From an uncultured archaeon (GTDB taxonomy: Archaea; Aenigmatarchaeota; Aenigmatarchaeia; GW2011-AR5), in contig CAYJVT010000007.1 of NCBI GenBank assembly GCA_964373695.1, positions 1 to 47,778 on the forward strand: a stretch of DNA of 47,778 nt. The letters run 5' to 3'. The translations under genes and the position numbers were made by a program. Below, in pieces: positions 27,507 to 36,353 of the stretch (positions are counted from its first letter, which is position 1; each line of letters opens with the position of its first letter). The notes beneath the pieces are model-generated. The model saw nothing but the letters and a program-made list of their open reading frames with translations, was not told the DNA's origin and did not search any database.

Positions 27507-27605
27507 TTCTGAAACACCTCATAAATCTTTGTTTCGGAAATTAAACGGAACAGATGTTGCGTTTTCATACCTAATTATCTTGGAGTCGAGGATTTAAATG
27601 GAAGT

Positions 27606-27776
27606 TCACCTGCCGCGGAAAACTGTCGAGTAAGCCTGCTTCATCCTTTTCTCAACAATTCCAGGTCTGTTCTGATAGTTGCAGGTTTCTCCATAAACCA
27701 TCTTATCGAATAAGTCAAGTACCCTGTTGAAATATACCCTGACTCTTCTGGACGACCCGCCTGTTCTTAATTTCAT
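27606..27776 (-). CDS. Hypothetical basic micro-protein (56 aa)
   Basis: Hand-translated MKLRTGGSSRRVRVYFNRVLDLFDKMVYGETCNYQNRPGIVEKRMKQAYSTVFRGR*; fills the gap between co-oriented genes. Confidence 0.35.
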   Translation of the reverse strand: MKLRTGGSSRRVRVYFNRVLDLFDKMVYGETCNYQNRPGIVEKRMKQAYSTVFRGR

Positions 27777-27796
27777 GCAAGAAGTATTTCGGATAA

Positions 27797-28255
27797 TTAT
27801 TTAATCTCCTTCAGGACTTCCTTGCTGTGCCCCTCTGGCTTGACCTTTTCATGTATGCGCTTTATAACTCCGTTTTTGTCTATGATGAAAGTGGTCCTGG
27901 CGATGCCCATGTACTTCCTGCCGTACATGTTCTTCTCGACCCACACGCCGTACTTATCGCACGTCTCATGCTGCAGGTCCGAGAGAAGAGTGAAGCGCAG
28001 CTTGTACTTGTCGATGAACTTCTGGTGGCTCTCGGGAGGGTCGGCGCTTATGCCTATTATCTTCACGCCCTTGGTCTCGAATTTCCTGCTGTCGGAGCTG
28101 AATTCGCACGCCTCTGTCGTGCAGCCCGGCGTGTCGTCCTTGGGATAGAAGTAAAGCACTACATACCGGCCCCTGAAGTCTGACAGCCTGACCGCCTTGC
28201 CTTCGTGGTCTGACAGCTTGAAATCCGGGGCCTTGTCGCCTTCTTTCAGTCCCAT
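27797..28255 (-). CDS. bcp: Thioredoxin-dependent peroxiredoxin (BCP/PrxQ)
   Basis: YFYPKDDTPGCTTEACEF. Confidence 0.93.
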   Translation of the reverse strand: MGLKEGDKAPDFKLSDHEGKAVRLSDFRGRYVVLYFYPKDDTPGCTTEACEFSSDSRKFETKGVKIIGISADPPESHQKFIDKYKLRFTLLSDLQHETCDKYGVWVEKNMYGRKYMGIARTTFIIDKNGVIKRIHEKVKPEGHSKEVLKEIK

Positions 28256-28439
28256 AGTCTAACACCCAAATATTCCTGCGGAGTCATGTATACGAAAAGG
28301 AAATGTGACTGTATTTCCGCTTTTTTTGTTTAAGACCGAGCACCTATAATATGGTATATGGTACGCCGTTCCTTATTGTGCGCATCTCGGCATCTATTCT
28401 GAGAAAATTTTCATCCTTGACGCGCCTGTCAACTAACAT

Positions 28440-29684
28440 CTACACACCGAGTGCGGACTTTATCTTGCTCGCGGCGCGCTTGGCCTGGAATTTGGTGTAA
28501 AGCGTCGCCAGCTTGACCACGTTCTTGCCCCTTGCTAAATCAGTCAAATCTTCTCCAGACAGCACATCGCTGAGTATGTTCATTTCCTCATCGCTGAACT
28601 TCTCGAACATCTCCCTCACGTGTTCTATCTCATTTAGCTTGTCGCCCCTTTCCTTCTGCCATCTCTCGTTGTAAGGCTGCAGTCCCTTCTTGGAGACGTC
28701 GCCGTTCTTTACCGCTTCGTTTATGGCATCGCCTGCGATGCGGCCTCCGAAAATGCTTTCCGCGATGCCGCCTCCGTGAATAGGATTGACCATATTGACC
28801 GCGTCGCCCACCCCGAGGATGCCGTTGCCCACCATATCCTTCCATAAACCGCCTACAGGCACGAGGCCGCACACGGTCTCCACGACCTTGCCTTCATTGA
28901 GCCAGTCCTGCGTCTCTATCCATTCGTCAAGGAATTCCTTTGCGGTCTTCCCGTACCATATGCCGCCGACGCCTATGCCGACGTTGCCCGAGTCTTGGCC
29001 CTTCGGGAAGTTCCATATGTAGCCTCTTGGCGTTATCTTCTCTCCGAGCCATATTTCTATCATCTCTGGATCTCGGTTCTTTATGTTTGTCATGAGGTAC
29101 TGGAATGCGGAATCCACAAGATGGAGTTTCTTCTGGCTCCTTATGCCGGCCTTGCGCAGCGTCATGGATTCGACGCCGTCCGCAGCCACTACGACCTTGC
29201 TCCTTATCTCAAAGTCGTCGCCGCCTATGTTGGCCTTCACGCCTTTCACGGTCGTTATCGTGCTGCCGGCCGCATCCTGAGTTTTTTCAAGCATGAGATC
29301 ATTCACGGTGGCCTTGGTCATCACCATCGCACCTTTCTTCGCCGCGTTCTCCGCGAGCCATTTGTCGAAAGCCTTCCTTTCAAGGATGTATCCGTCCGTA
29401 CCAGGCCCTTTGATTTTTATTTCCTTGCCGTTGGGCGCATAGACATAAGCACCCATGATGCGCTGCCTCCAGACATGCCAGGGCAGCTTCATCCCGAGCT
29501 CATCCATGTTCTTCTCGGAGACGCCCTCGCCGCATCTCACCGGGGCCCCTATTTCCTGTCTCTTCTCGAGGAGCAAAACGTTCAAGCCGTGTTCTGCGCA
29601 TCTCTCGGCAGTCGTGCTGCCTGCCGGGCCTGCGCCGACTATCACAACGTCATATTCGTTCCTTATGAGTTTGTTGAGAACCAT
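28440..29684 (-). CDS. Geranylgeranyl reductase family (digeranylgeranylglycerophospholipid reductase)
   Basis: DVVIVGAGPAGS, RCGEG, AADGVES, PRGYIWNFPK (P.GY.W.FP), VGDA..MVNPIHGGGI. Confidence 0.9.
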   Translation of the reverse strand: MVLNKLIRNEYDVVIVGAGPAGSTTAERCAEHGLNVLLLEKRQEIGAPVRCGEGVSEKNMDELGMKLPWHVWRQRIMGAYVYAPNGKEIKIKGPGTDGYILERKAFDKWLAENAAKKGAMVMTKATVNDLMLEKTQDAAGSTITTVKGVKANIGGDDFEIRSKVVVAADGVESMTLRKAGIRSQKKLHLVDSAFQYLMTNIKNRDPEMIEIWLGEKITPRGYIWNFPKGQDSGNVGIGVGGIWYGKTAKEFLDEWIETQDWLNEGKVVETVCGLVPVGGLWKDMVGNGILGVGDAVNMVNPIHGGGIAESIFGGRIAGDAINEAVKNGDVSKKGLQPYNERWQKERGDKLNEIEHVREMFEKFSDEEMNILSDVLSGEDLTDLARGKNVVKLATLYTKFQAKRAASKIKSALGV

Positions 29685-29686
29685 AA

Positions 29687-29917
29687 TCAGAACCCTTTCG
29701 ATGGCAGTTTTATGAGGGCAAGCGGCTTTTCTTTGCCGTCCTTTTCAAAGACTTTCAGGGCGCCGACAGGGCAGAACCTGACGCATATCTGGCAGTCTAT
29801 GCACTTGTTGTTGTCCACCAGGATGTCCCTTCCTTGGTCGAGCTCCAGGGCATCGACTGGGCACACGCCGACGCATCCGCCGCATGCTATGCATCTTGAA
29901 TCATTTACTTCAAGCAT
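29687..29917 (-). CDS. 2x[4Fe-4S] ferredoxin
   Basis: CIACGGCVGVCP and CIDCQICVRFCP. Confidence 0.92.
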   Translation of the reverse strand: MLEVNDSRCIACGGCVGVCPVDALELDQGRDILVDNNKCIDCQICVRFCPVGALKVFEKDGKEKPLALIKLPSKGF

Positions 29918-30053
29918 ATTGTCCACACCATCTTTGAAATATCTTAATTAAAGCGGAAACGCATTTATAGTCATGCAAAGAAATATTTCTTTGCTGACTG
30001 TATGTGAAGCAAATTCATAATTTTGATTTTTCACCGTTTTCTTCGCTATATAC

Positions 30054-30938
30054 CTACTTGAATTTGTCGAGGAACATTGATATGTCGATATTTTCTATGT
30101 CCTGCTCTGCTAGGGGCTTCTCGCTTATCTGAGGCAGGCCTTCCTCGTATGTCGGCTTCTCTTCCCTGTAAAGAACGCCTATGGGTATTCTGTCGCCCCA
30201 CATGTTTGCCGTTTCGAATGCCTTTACCTTGTTGGATGCATCATAACTGGCTTCATCGAGTTTGAAAACCCTGGCCTTGTACCAGTCGGGCGTGTTTATC
30301 TTGTTGTATGTCGAGCACGGCTGGAACACGTCAACGACAGCGAAGCCGTTGTGCTTTATGGCCTCTGCCATGGTTTTCTTGAGACCTGGAATATCAAGAG
30401 CGTATCCTCTGGCGACGAATGTCGCTCCCATCGTTATTGCCAGAGCCAGCGGATTCACCGGTTCTTCAAGAGCGCCTTGGGGCGTTGAATTGGATTTGAA
30501 TCCTTTCTCGCTGGTAGGCGATGTCTGGCCTTTCGTGAGGCCGTAGACCTCGTTATTCTGGATTATGTATGTCATGTTCAGGTTTCGGCGCGCGGTGTGT
30601 ATGAAATGGTTGCCGCCTATTCCGTATCCGTCGCCGTCTCCGGTCACGACTATGACGTTCAGATCGTGATTTGCTATCTTTATGCCGGTTGCAACGGGCA
30701 AAGCCCTGCCGTGAAGCCCTTCGAATCCGTATGCCTTTATGAAATGAGGGGTCTTGCTGCCGCATCCTATGCCCGATACTATCACCGTACTAGCTGGGTC
30801 AAGCTTAGCTTCTGATATGGAAAGCTTCAGCACGGAAAGTATTGAAAAGTCTCCGCAGCCCATGCACCATGTAGGCGCCTCTTTTGTCGTGAGTTCGGCG
30901 ATTGTCGCCCCTTTTTCCAACGCTTTCGTTACGGACAT
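30054..30938 (-). CDS. korB: 2-oxoacid:ferredoxin oxidoreductase beta subunit
   Basis: TWCMGCGDF, SGIGCG, LHGRALP, GDGDGYGIGGNH, YGLTKGQTSPT, QPCSTYN. Confidence 0.92.
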   Translation of the reverse strand: MSVTKALEKGATIAELTTKEAPTWCMGCGDFSILSVLKLSISEAKLDPASTVIVSGIGCGSKTPHFIKAYGFEGLHGRALPVATGIKIANHDLNVIVVTGDGDGYGIGGNHFIHTARRNLNMTYIIQNNEVYGLTKGQTSPTSEKGFKSNSTPQGALEEPVNPLALAITMGATFVARGYALDIPGLKKTMAEAIKHNGFAVVDVFQPCSTYNKINTPDWYKARVFKLDEASYDASNKVKAFETANMWGDRIPIGVLYREEKPTYEEGLPQISEKPLAEQDIENIDISMFLDKFK

Positions 30939-30948
30939 TTCATACGCC

Positions 30949-32733
30949 TCATCTGGCTTCTACAACTGCATTTCTGCTGAATATTATTTCCTTCGAGCTG
31001 TTCTTTTCAACTATGTCCTTTATCCCATGGACTATTTCCTCGGGAAAGAACGGCCTGCCGTCGTACTTCAGTATCCTGTAGTCCGTGTCAAGGCCTGTAA
31101 GTTCCTTTATTATTCCCGAGAGCTGGGATGTCTTGTTGTTCTCTATTATCACGGTGCGCTTCGCGTTTCTTATTATCCTGCCCATGTATTCGTGCGGGAA
31201 CGGGCTGAGATATACTATCTGGCAGAAATTGGTCTTTATGCCTTTCTGTCCCAGCTTTCTCATCGCCTGAAGTATCGGGCCTTTCGTTGAGCCCCATGAA
31301 ATTATTGTCACGTCTGCATCCTTGTCTCCGAAGAATTGTGGCGGAGGCAGTTCGTTCTTGAGATTCTCGAGTTTTCTGAACCTCTTGTGGTGCATCTGGA
31401 CGCGTATTTCCTCCTCCTCACGCTCATAACCCTCCTCATCATGCTCGTAGCTGCTTGCCGTGTGCTGGCCTCCGCTCTGCGATGGGATGCTCCTCGGTGA
31501 TATGCCGTCTTCAGTCAGCTGGTATCTCTTGAAGTCCTTCATGTCGTTGAGATGCTCCTGTGTGAGGAGCTTGCCCCTGTCTATTGATATGTTTGAAGTG
31601 TCGAATGCGGGCATTGACTTGTAGCTCTCGCCAAGGTATTTGTCAGTCAGTACGAAGACTGGAATCTGGTATTTCTCCGCCATGTTGAACGCGTCTATCG
31701 TCCTGTAGAAGCATTCCTCCTGGTCGCCCGGCGCGATTATGGCGCGAGGCGATTCGTCTGTTGAAGCGTGCATGATGAATCTCAGGTCCCCCTGTCCCGT
31801 GTGCGTTGCCATTCCGGTTGCAGGTCCAGGTCTCTGGGCTTCCACTATGACAAGCGGAACCTCGGTTTGGGCTGCGAGGCCCAGACCCTCGACCATTAAA
31901 CAGAAGCCGCCTCCGGATGTGCATGTCATCGCCCTTGCCCCTGCGTAAGCGGCGCCTATGGCCATGTTTATGGCCGCTATCTCGTCTTCAGTGTGCTTTA
32001 CGACTATGTTATAGTTTTTCTCCTGAGTTGCCATCGTCGTCATGACAGATGTCGCCGGCGTCATCGGATACGCGGACAGGAATTTGCATCCGGCCTTTAT
32101 GGCGCCCGCGACTATGGCCTCGTTTCCGGACATGAAAATGGTGTTTTTGCCTGTTCTTTTCTGGAGCCTGTAATCGAACTTGAAATTCTGCTTCACGTAA
32201 TCATAACCGGCTTTTGCGGCCCCGATATTTGCATTCGCTATGTCATCACCTTTCTTCTTGCCGAAATTGTCCCTTATCACCTGATTGAAGAGCTCTATAT
32301 CATAGTCTATCAGCGCCACCGTCGCACCCATGGCCACGACGTTTCTCATTATCTTCCCGCCGTTCTGTTCTGCTATCTTGAGTAGAGGCATTGGGAACAG
32401 ATTTATGTCATCGCGTATTTCGTTACTGTCTATCTGCAGCTTGTCGCCGTCATAGATTATGCCGCCGTTCTGCGACACCTTGCCGGCGTGCTTGTCGACG
32501 GATTCCTTGTTTAGCGCGACGAGGACGTCGGTGTATTTCGTGTGGGCAAAAAGAGGCTCCTCATCGGCTATGACGTCAAGGTGGTTGTGGCCGCCCCTTA
32601 TGAGAGACGGGTATTCGGCCGCTGCGAAGACGTTTAGGCCGCCCCTCATGCACATCCTCGCAAACATGAGGCCTGCATTGAGTATGCCGTCTCCCGCTTC
32701 ACCGGCAATTTTCCAGGAAAATTTGTTTCTCAT
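30949..32733 (-). CDS. korA: 2-oxoacid:ferredoxin oxidoreductase alpha subunit (gamma-alpha fusion)
   Basis: IAGEAGDG, EYPSLIRGGHN, AYPMTPAT, EDEIAA, TSGGGFCLMVE, QRPGPATG. Confidence 0.92.
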   Translation of the reverse strand: MRNKFSWKIAGEAGDGILNAGLMFARMCMRGGLNVFAAAEYPSLIRGGHNHLDVIADEEPLFAHTKYTDVLVALNKESVDKHAGKVSQNGGIIYDGDKLQIDSNEIRDDINLFPMPLLKIAEQNGGKIMRNVVAMGATVALIDYDIELFNQVIRDNFGKKKGDDIANANIGAAKAGYDYVKQNFKFDYRLQKRTGKNTIFMSGNEAIVAGAIKAGCKFLSAYPMTPATSVMTTMATQEKNYNIVVKHTEDEIAAINMAIGAAYAGARAMTCTSGGGFCLMVEGLGLAAQTEVPLVIVEAQRPGPATGMATHTGQGDLRFIMHASTDESPRAIIAPGDQEECFYRTIDAFNMAEKYQIPVFVLTDKYLGESYKSMPAFDTSNISIDRGKLLTQEHLNDMKDFKRYQLTEDGISPRSIPSQSGGQHTASSYEHDEEGYEREEEEIRVQMHHKRFRKLENLKNELPPPQFFGDKDADVTIISWGSTKGPILQAMRKLGQKGIKTNFCQIVYLSPFPHEYMGRIIRNAKRTVIIENNKTSQLSGIIKELTGLDTDYRILKYDGRPFFPEEIVHGIKDIVEKNSSKEIIFSRNAVVEAR

Positions 32734-32827
32734 CTTATCACAAATATTGCGCAACTATAAAAATTGAATACAAATAGTTCCCCTTATAACTTATATCCTT
32801 TTCCGTTTTCACTTAAATACTTTAATA

Positions 32828-32854
32828 ATACATCATGATGTATAGTTGATGTAT
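32828..32854. promoter_or_regulatory. Perfect 16-bp palindrome ATACATCATGATGTAT plus an extra TGATGTAT half-site
   Basis: Read directly from the sequence; between korA and the RHH gene. Confidence 0.6.
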
Positions 32855-32856
32855 AT

Positions 32857-33042
32857 ATGGGATATATAAGATACAAAGTTCCTGAAGAAATGCACCAAAT
32901 TATGAAGGGTGTGTGCGAGAAGCTAGGTTTGAAGGAAAGCGAGATGTCGAGAATAGCCCTGTATGAATATCTGAAGTCTATAAGGGCAATAGAGCGCGGC
33001 GTTAATGGCGGCATAAAGAAGAAGTTCAGGATAAGGCACTGA
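32857..33042 (+). CDS. Small ribbon-helix-helix-like DNA-binding protein
   Basis: YIRYKVPEEMHQ.MK.VC.KLG..ESEMSR.AL.EYL pattern. Confidence 0.6.
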   Translation: MGYIRYKVPEEMHQIMKGVCEKLGLKESEMSRIALYEYLKSIRAIERGVNGGIKKKFRIRH

Positions 33043-33080
33043 CACTAAGCGTTATAAAGATGTTCTTCATATAAAGCAGA

Positions 33081-33317
33081 ATGAGATTGGGCAGGGAGAG
33101 TTTTGAAGCGGCCGCCAGGAATGCCCTGAGACGTGTCTATCCTAAAGGCGCCGAGCCTTCTGACGAAGCTGTGATATACGTAGCTGATGTTATTGGAAGG
33201 ATATACAGCATAGGCCTCCATGATGGCAAGAACAACAAATCTCTCAGCATGCCGTGCCGACGCACGCCCGAAAGGCCCGGAGATGAAGAGGAACTTATAG
33301 TGCGTTCTTACAACTGA
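33081..33317 (+). CDS. Hypothetical protein (78 aa)
   Basis: Only ORF filling the gap; no recognisable motif. Confidence 0.4.
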   Translation: MRLGRESFEAAARNALRRVYPKGAEPSDEAVIYVADVIGRIYSIGLHDGKNNKSLSMPCRRTPERPGDEEELIVRSYN

Positions 33318-33350
33318 AATCAATAGATTTGATACATTCTATTATAATAA

Positions 33351-33475
33351 CCGCCCCCTGAAAGGGGCGGAATTCCAAGCCTAAAAACTACTGGTTCTCG
33401 ATGTAGTTTATTACTATCTTCTGAGAAAAAGAAAGCAATTCATACACATGCTAAAACAAGCGGAATTCTTGCCTT
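33351..33475. repeat. GC-rich hairpin (CCGCCCCCT-GAA-AGGGGCGG) plus a degenerate second element; possible IS200/IS605-type end relic
   Basis: Hairpin at 33351-33370; GCGGAATTC repeated at about 33367 and 33460; ATTCAT...CTAAAA...GGAATTCT resembles IS605 subterminal sequences. Confidence 0.35.
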
Positions 33476-33489
33476 AGAGTTTATTGAAA

Positions 33490-34107
33490 TTATTCTATGT
33501 CGATTATCTTCCCGGAAGAGCCGACGCACACGACCTTCGTGCTGCCCATCACTTCGACGGCCCCTTCAAGCTCGTGGATGTGTCCGCACACCTCTATGTC
33601 AGGCTTCAATTCGTATATGGCCTTCGTCACGGCCTCGCTTCCCTGGAAAGAGAATTTCTCTATGAGGCTGCCTTTTGGATGAACATGAGTGACCATGATT
33701 TTTGTTTTAGCATTTTTCACATAGTTGAAGCCGTTCTTTATTGCCTTGAACATCTCATTGTCCGGCACGTAATTGATGCCTATGTTGCCGCCGCCTGACC
33801 CGAAGAATCCGACGTCGTTTATCATGACGGCATATTTCTGGAGATTCGGTATCTTGTATTCTTTCTCTATTTCCTCTATAGTCTCCTTGCTGTCGTGGTT
33901 GCCGCCGACGAACAGGACTTTTTTTCCTTTCTCAAGAAATGGTCCTATCATGCCTTCCTTGTCAATATCAAATGCCGTCAAGTCCCCTGTTATAATGACT
34001 ACATCCACTTTATACTTGACGGATTTTTCTACCAGCTTTTCAACTGCTTTTTTGTTGCCGTGGAAGTCGCCGGCGACCATTATTCTAAGCTTTGGTTTTT
34101 TCTTCAT
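33490..34107 (-). CDS. Calcineurin-like metallophosphoesterase
   Basis: GDFHG, TGDLT, GGNHD, THVHP, CGHIHE. Confidence 0.88.
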   Translation of the reverse strand: MKKKPKLRIMVAGDFHGNKKAVEKLVEKSVKYKVDVVIITGDLTAFDIDKEGMIGPFLEKGKKVLFVGGNHDSKETIEEIEKEYKIPNLQKYAVMINDVGFFGSGGGNIGINYVPDNEMFKAIKNGFNYVKNAKTKIMVTHVHPKGSLIEKFSFQGSEAVTKAIYELKPDIEVCGHIHELEGAVEVMGSTKVVCVGSSGKIIDIE

Positions 34108-34159
34108 GATTGTCACGTTGAACAATAATCTTATATATGTTTAGTCTTATAACTATATA

Positions 34160-34184
34160 TTATAACTTTTAGAAATTTCTAAAA
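34160..34184. promoter_or_regulatory. TATA box plus perfect 18-bp palindrome TTTTAGAAATTTCTAAAA upstream of sod
   Basis: Palindrome at 34167-34184; 18-mer identity with the tes promoter. Confidence 0.72.
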
Positions 34185-34205
34185 TCAGAGATTTGAAGTG
34201 GTAGA

Positions 34206-34808
34206 ATGACTCATAAGCTTCCAGAGCTCCGGTATGCGTACAACGCCCTTGAGCCCTTCATTGACGAACAGACGATGAGGATACATCACACCAAGCATCA
34301 TCAGGCTTACATAGACAATCTCAATGCCGCACTGGAGGGGCACGACGCTCTCAAGGCGAAGACGGCCGAAGACCTTCTTAAGGGCCTGAATGCTATCCCT
34401 GAAAGCATACGTGCTGCAGTGCGAAATCACGGGGGCGGGCATGCGAACCACTCATTTTTCTGGCCTCTCCTGAAGAAGGATGTAAAACCCGAAGGCGATA
34501 TTCTTGATGCGATAACTGAAAGGTTCGGCAGCTTCGACAAGTTCAAGGAGGAGTTCACGGCCGCCGCTATGTCCCGTTTCGGCAGCGGCTGGGCTTGGCT
34601 TATCGTAAGCAACGGCAAGCTGGAAGTGACGAGCACCGCCAATCAGGACAGTCCGCTGAGTGAAGGCAAGACTCCGCTGCTGGGCATCGACGTCTGGGAA
34701 CATGCCTATTATCTCAAGTACCAGAACAAGAGGAACGAATACGTGTCGGCCTTTTTCAGCGTCATCAACTGGGACAAGGTCAACGAGAATTTCGCCGCCG
34801 CGAGATAA
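34206..34808 (+). CDS. sod: Fe/Mn superoxide dismutase
   Basis: [38 protein letters not shown]. Confidence 0.96.
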   Translation: MTHKLPELRYAYNALEPFIDEQTMRIHHTKHHQAYIDNLNAALEGHDALKAKTAEDLLKGLNAIPESIRAAVRNHGGGHANHSFFWPLLKKDVKPEGDILDAITERFGSFDKFKEEFTAAAMSRFGSGWAWLIVSNGKLEVTSTANQDSPLSEGKTPLLGIDVWEHAYYLKYQNKRNEYVSAFFSVINWDKVNENFAAAR

Positions 34809-34871
34809 GGAACTTTTAGTATTTTTCGAATCTGCAAAACCTTTAAATCGTATAGTGTCAAGTTGAGTGTT

Positions 34872-35135
34872 ATGACTAACTGGAAAGTGGAGCATGACAG
34901 GCCGAACTGCATAGGATGCGGAGCCTGCGCAGCCGTTTGCCCAGGCTCGTGGACGATGAGCCCCGACGACGGCAAGTCAGACCTCGTTGGCTCAAGGGAA
35001 AAGAGGGAAGGCGACGAAATCGTTCTCGAGGAGCTCGAGTTCGACGACATAAAGTGCAACAAGGAAGCTGCGGAATCGTGCCCGGTCAATGTTATACACA
35101 TAATAGACCTCAAGAGCGGGGAGAAGGTAATTTAG
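34872..35135 (+). CDS. Monocluster [4Fe-4S] ferredoxin
   Basis: CIGCGACAAVCP and AAESCPVNVI; paralog of 24009..24266. Confidence 0.88.
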   Translation: MTNWKVEHDRPNCIGCGACAAVCPGSWTMSPDDGKSDLVGSREKREGDEIVLEELEFDDIKCNKEAAESCPVNVIHIIDLKSGEKVI

Positions 35136-35144
35136 GTGGTAATG

Positions 35145-35582
35145 ATGGTCAGTGTGGGGGAGAAAGCGCCCGATGTCGAGCTGAAAGATACGGCCGGCAA
35201 TCTCGTAAGGCTTGGGAGCTTCAGGGGCAAAAAAGTCCTCCTTTCATTTTTTCCGTTCGCGTTTTCACCCGTCTGCACCAAGGAATTCGGGTGCTTCATG
35301 GATGACATGGAAAAGTTCAGGGACAAAGGCGTTGAGGTTGCGGGGATTTCTGTCGACAGCCACTGGTCGAACAAGGCTTTTGCCGACAGCATCGGCTCTG
35401 ACTTCCCGCTTCTATCTGACTTTGACAAGAAAGCTTCAAGGGCCTTTGGTGTACTGCGCAATGACGGGTTCTCCGAGAGGGCTTATTTTCTCATAGATGA
35501 AAACGGCGTGGTCATATACAAGCATGTGATGAGCAACCCGGCTGAAAAGCTGGATGATGAGGAACTGCTGAAGAACATATAG
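35145..35582 (+). CDS. Peroxiredoxin (AhpE/AhpC-TSA family)
   Basis: FFPFAFSPVCTKE, GISVDS, LLSDF, ERAYFLID..G. Confidence 0.88.
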   Translation: MVSVGEKAPDVELKDTAGNLVRLGSFRGKKVLLSFFPFAFSPVCTKEFGCFMDDMEKFRDKGVEVAGISVDSHWSNKAFADSIGSDFPLLSDFDKKASRAFGVLRNDGFSERAYFLIDENGVVIYKHVMSNPAEKLDDEELLKNI

Positions 35583-35590
35583 GTGAAAGC

Positions 35591-36247
35591 GTGAAAAACT
35601 ACAGCTCTTATGTGGCTGAGGCTATTGCGGCATTTTCTCTTGTATTCATAGGGGCCGGGTCGATACTTGCCGGAAACGACACTACCGGCGTGGCTCTTGC
35701 CCACGGACTGGTGCTTATGTGCATGGTCTATGCGACGGCCCACATCTCGGGGGCGCATGTCAACCCGGCTGTCACGATAGGCATGCTTGTAACGAGAAAG
35801 ATAGGTGCTCCCAGGGCCGCTTTGTACATAATTTCCCAGCTTGCCGGCGCGGCCGCAGCTGGATTTCTCCTGTCCGCGGTATTCCCTCCTGCGACAGCCC
35901 TTAATCTCGGCACCCCGGCGCTTGCGTCCGGCTTGCCTGTTGCCAGTGGGGTTCTTGTTGAGGCCGTGCTCACATTCTTCCTCGTCTTCACCATATTCGG
36001 TGTCGCTGTCGACAAGAGGGCGCCTGCCGGCTTGTACGGGCTTGCTATAGGGCTTGTGCTCACTTTTGACATCTTGGCAGGCGGCGCTCTCACAGGCGCT
36101 GCCATGAATCCGGCGCGGGCTTTCGGCCCAGCGCTTGCATCAGGCTTCTGGGAAAACCATGCAGTATACTGGATAGGCCCGATAATAGGGGCGATAGTTG
36201 CAGCTCTCGTATACGACAGGCTCCTCTCATCCAAGGAATCCCGGTAG
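35591..36247 (+). CDS. aqpZ: Aquaporin (MIP family)
   Basis: SGAHVNPAVT and GAAMNPARAFGP. Confidence 0.93.
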   Translation: MKNYSSYVAEAIAAFSLVFIGAGSILAGNDTTGVALAHGLVLMCMVYATAHISGAHVNPAVTIGMLVTRKIGAPRAALYIISQLAGAAAAGFLLSAVFPPATALNLGTPALASGLPVASGVLVEAVLTFFLVFTIFGVAVDKRAPAGLYGLAIGLVLTFDILAGGALTGAAMNPARAFGPALASGFWENHAVYWIGPIIGAIVAALVYDRLLSSKESR

Positions 36248-36353
36248 ACAGTCGCCATACAGTCTCTGGAACATATATTGCACGGTCTATTGTGAGTCTG
36301 GAGAGAAAGGGCATGAAGCCTGGTCTTGACCTTGTAGGCAAGATATAATACTG

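Noticed and set aside
28344-28439. 31-aa ORF (MLVDRRVKDENFLRIDAEMRTIRNGVPYTIL) directly after the GGR stop
   Set aside because: No RBS or motif; could arise by chance
28995-29951. 318-aa plus-strand ORF
   Set aside because: Antisense to geranylgeranyl reductase and ferredoxin; no recognisable domain
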